From the NCBI GenBank assembly GCA_004022145.1, contig RCNU01000005.1: a stretch of 64,000 nucleotides of DNA. One strand, given 5' to 3'. Source of the DNA: Paecilomyces variotii (Eukaryota). The translations under genes and the position numbers were made by a program. Of this stretch, positions 62,882 to 64,000 are shown piece after piece (the stretch's first letter is position 1; each line of letters opens with the position of its first letter). The notes under the pieces are model-generated. The model saw only the letters and a program-made list of their open reading frames with translations. It did no database searches and was not told the origin of the DNA.

Positions 62882-64000
62882 ATGATGCTTCCTGGATCTC
62901 TACCGTCTCGATCAATAGTCGATGACAGCGAGGATGTCCCCGTTAACAGGGTACTATCCTTCAATGGGCGACTGAACAAGTACTTCCACCGGGTTACCAA
63001 GAACGAGAGCATTCAGAAGACAACAACAACATCGACCGAGGCCAAGAGCTTAGGCGACGAGAGTAATACTTCCTCTTCGTCGGAATCGCTAAAGCGGAAA
63101 CTCGAACATGAGGATATCCCCAGCTGGCAAGAAGGACGGACTACTCGTTCTCGACCAACAATGTCAAGAGCGTCAGCTACGATAACAACCGCATCGCGCC
63201 TAACACGTTCGCGATCCCAGACATTAGCTAACTCTCCCTCATCCCCATCCTCCTCCTCTTCCTCCAGATCATCGAAGACGACAACAAAGAAGAAACGCCC
63301 CGCCCGCTCTCCCCTCACGACATCTACAATCTCCCCGCCCTCCCTCCTCCGCGACACCATCCCACCGAACCTAATCCTCCTTCTCGTGGGTGTCAACCCA
63401 GGCCTAATGACCGGTACAACCGGCTTCGCCTACGCACACCCCTCAAACCTCTTCTGGAAACTGCTCCACTCCTCCGGTATAACCACGATCCGCCACCCTC
63501 CCAGCGACACATACCGTCTCCCGGAACTATACGAGATCGGAAACACGAATATCGTCGAGCGCCCGACGCGGGACGCGAGCATGCTTACGAAAGCTGAGAT
63601 GGATGCAGGCGTGCCTGTTCTCGAAGCGAAAGTAGCTGCTCAGCGGCCCGAGGCTGTGTGTTTGGTCGGGAAGAGTATCTGGGAGGCGGTGTGGAGGGTG
63701 CGTAAAGGACGGGGGATTAAGAAGGAGGAGTTTAAATATGGCTGGCAGAATGAGAGTGAGAATATGGGCCGTGTTCGCGCCGGGGATGGTGTCGAAGGGT
63801 GGGATGGGGCACCGGTGTTTGTGGCCACGACCACCAGCGGGCTGGCGGCGGGTATGACACTGGCAGAAAAGCAGGCTGTCTGGAATGAGTTGGGAAGATG
63901 GGTCGTTAAGAGGAGGCAGGAGAGGAAAGCTGCTGCTTCGAGCGAGCTTGACAAGGCACTGGACTCTACAGTGGAAGTCACTGAGTGTTCTCCATCTAAC
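62882..64000 (+). CDS. G/U mismatch-specific uracil/thymine DNA glycosylase (TDG/MUG family), 3' end beyond the window
   Basis: Open frame from ATG 62882 to the window end, absent from the ORF track because there is no stop. Motifs LLVGVNPG, YAHPSNLFWKLL, GNTNIVERPT and VFVATTTSG. Confidence 0.9.
   Translation, partial: MMLPGSLPSRSIVDDSEDVPVNRVLSFNGRLNKYFHRVTKNESIQKTTTTSTEAKSLGDESNTSSSSESLKRKLEHEDIPSWQEGRTTRSRPTMSRASATITTASRLTRSRSQTLANSPSSPSSSSSSRSSKTTTKKKRPARSPLTTSTISPPSLLRDTIPPNLILLLVGVNPGLMTGTTGFAYAHPSNLFWKLLHSSGITTIRHPPSDTYRLPELYEIGNTNIVERPTRDASMLTKAEMDAGVPVLEAKVAAQRPEAVCLVGKSIWEAVWRVRKGRGIKKEEFKYGWQNESENMGRVRAGDGVEGWDGAPVFVATTTSGLAAGMTLAEKQAVWNELGRWVVKRRQERKAAASSELDKALDSTVEVTECSPSN

Noticed and set aside
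1-64000. CRISPR arrays, intact transposons, rRNA genes or TGA-CTA readthrough signals
   Set aside because: No repeat-spacer arrays, transposase/RT ORFs, LTR pairs or rRNA-like sequence seen; none of the called stop codons has the TGA CTA context.

Overview
Eukaryotic, intron-rich fungal genomic DNA. The gene content and short GT-AG introns with CTRAC branch sites suggest an Aspergillus-like Eurotiales species. The window holds about 21 protein-coding genes and one tRNA-Gly(GCC). Housekeeping genes: TBC Rab-GAP, top2, APSES Xbp1-like TF, reticulon, acyl-CoA dehydrogenase, INCENP, Nma111, an SSXT-domain protein and a TDG/MUG glycosylase truncated by the window end. Other genes: two DHA1 MFS transporters, two Zn2Cys6 TFs, a PHD-finger protein, GH92 mannosidase, PEBP, a histidine acid phosphatase, a TPR protein and an FAD monooxygenase. 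Highlights: (1) an intron nested inside the donor site of another intron (a [D5,6] stwintron) in the reticulon gene, with a built-in route to skip a 24-nt exon; (2) a GC-AG intron in top2; (3) a 142-codon in-frame, presequence-like N-terminal extension of Nma111; (4) an orphan PKS acyl-carrier domain divergent from an MFS exporter, in an AT-rich island next to a tRNA. No CRISPR array or intact mobile element was seen. Gene models were assembled by eye and product calls come from motif recognition, not database searches.
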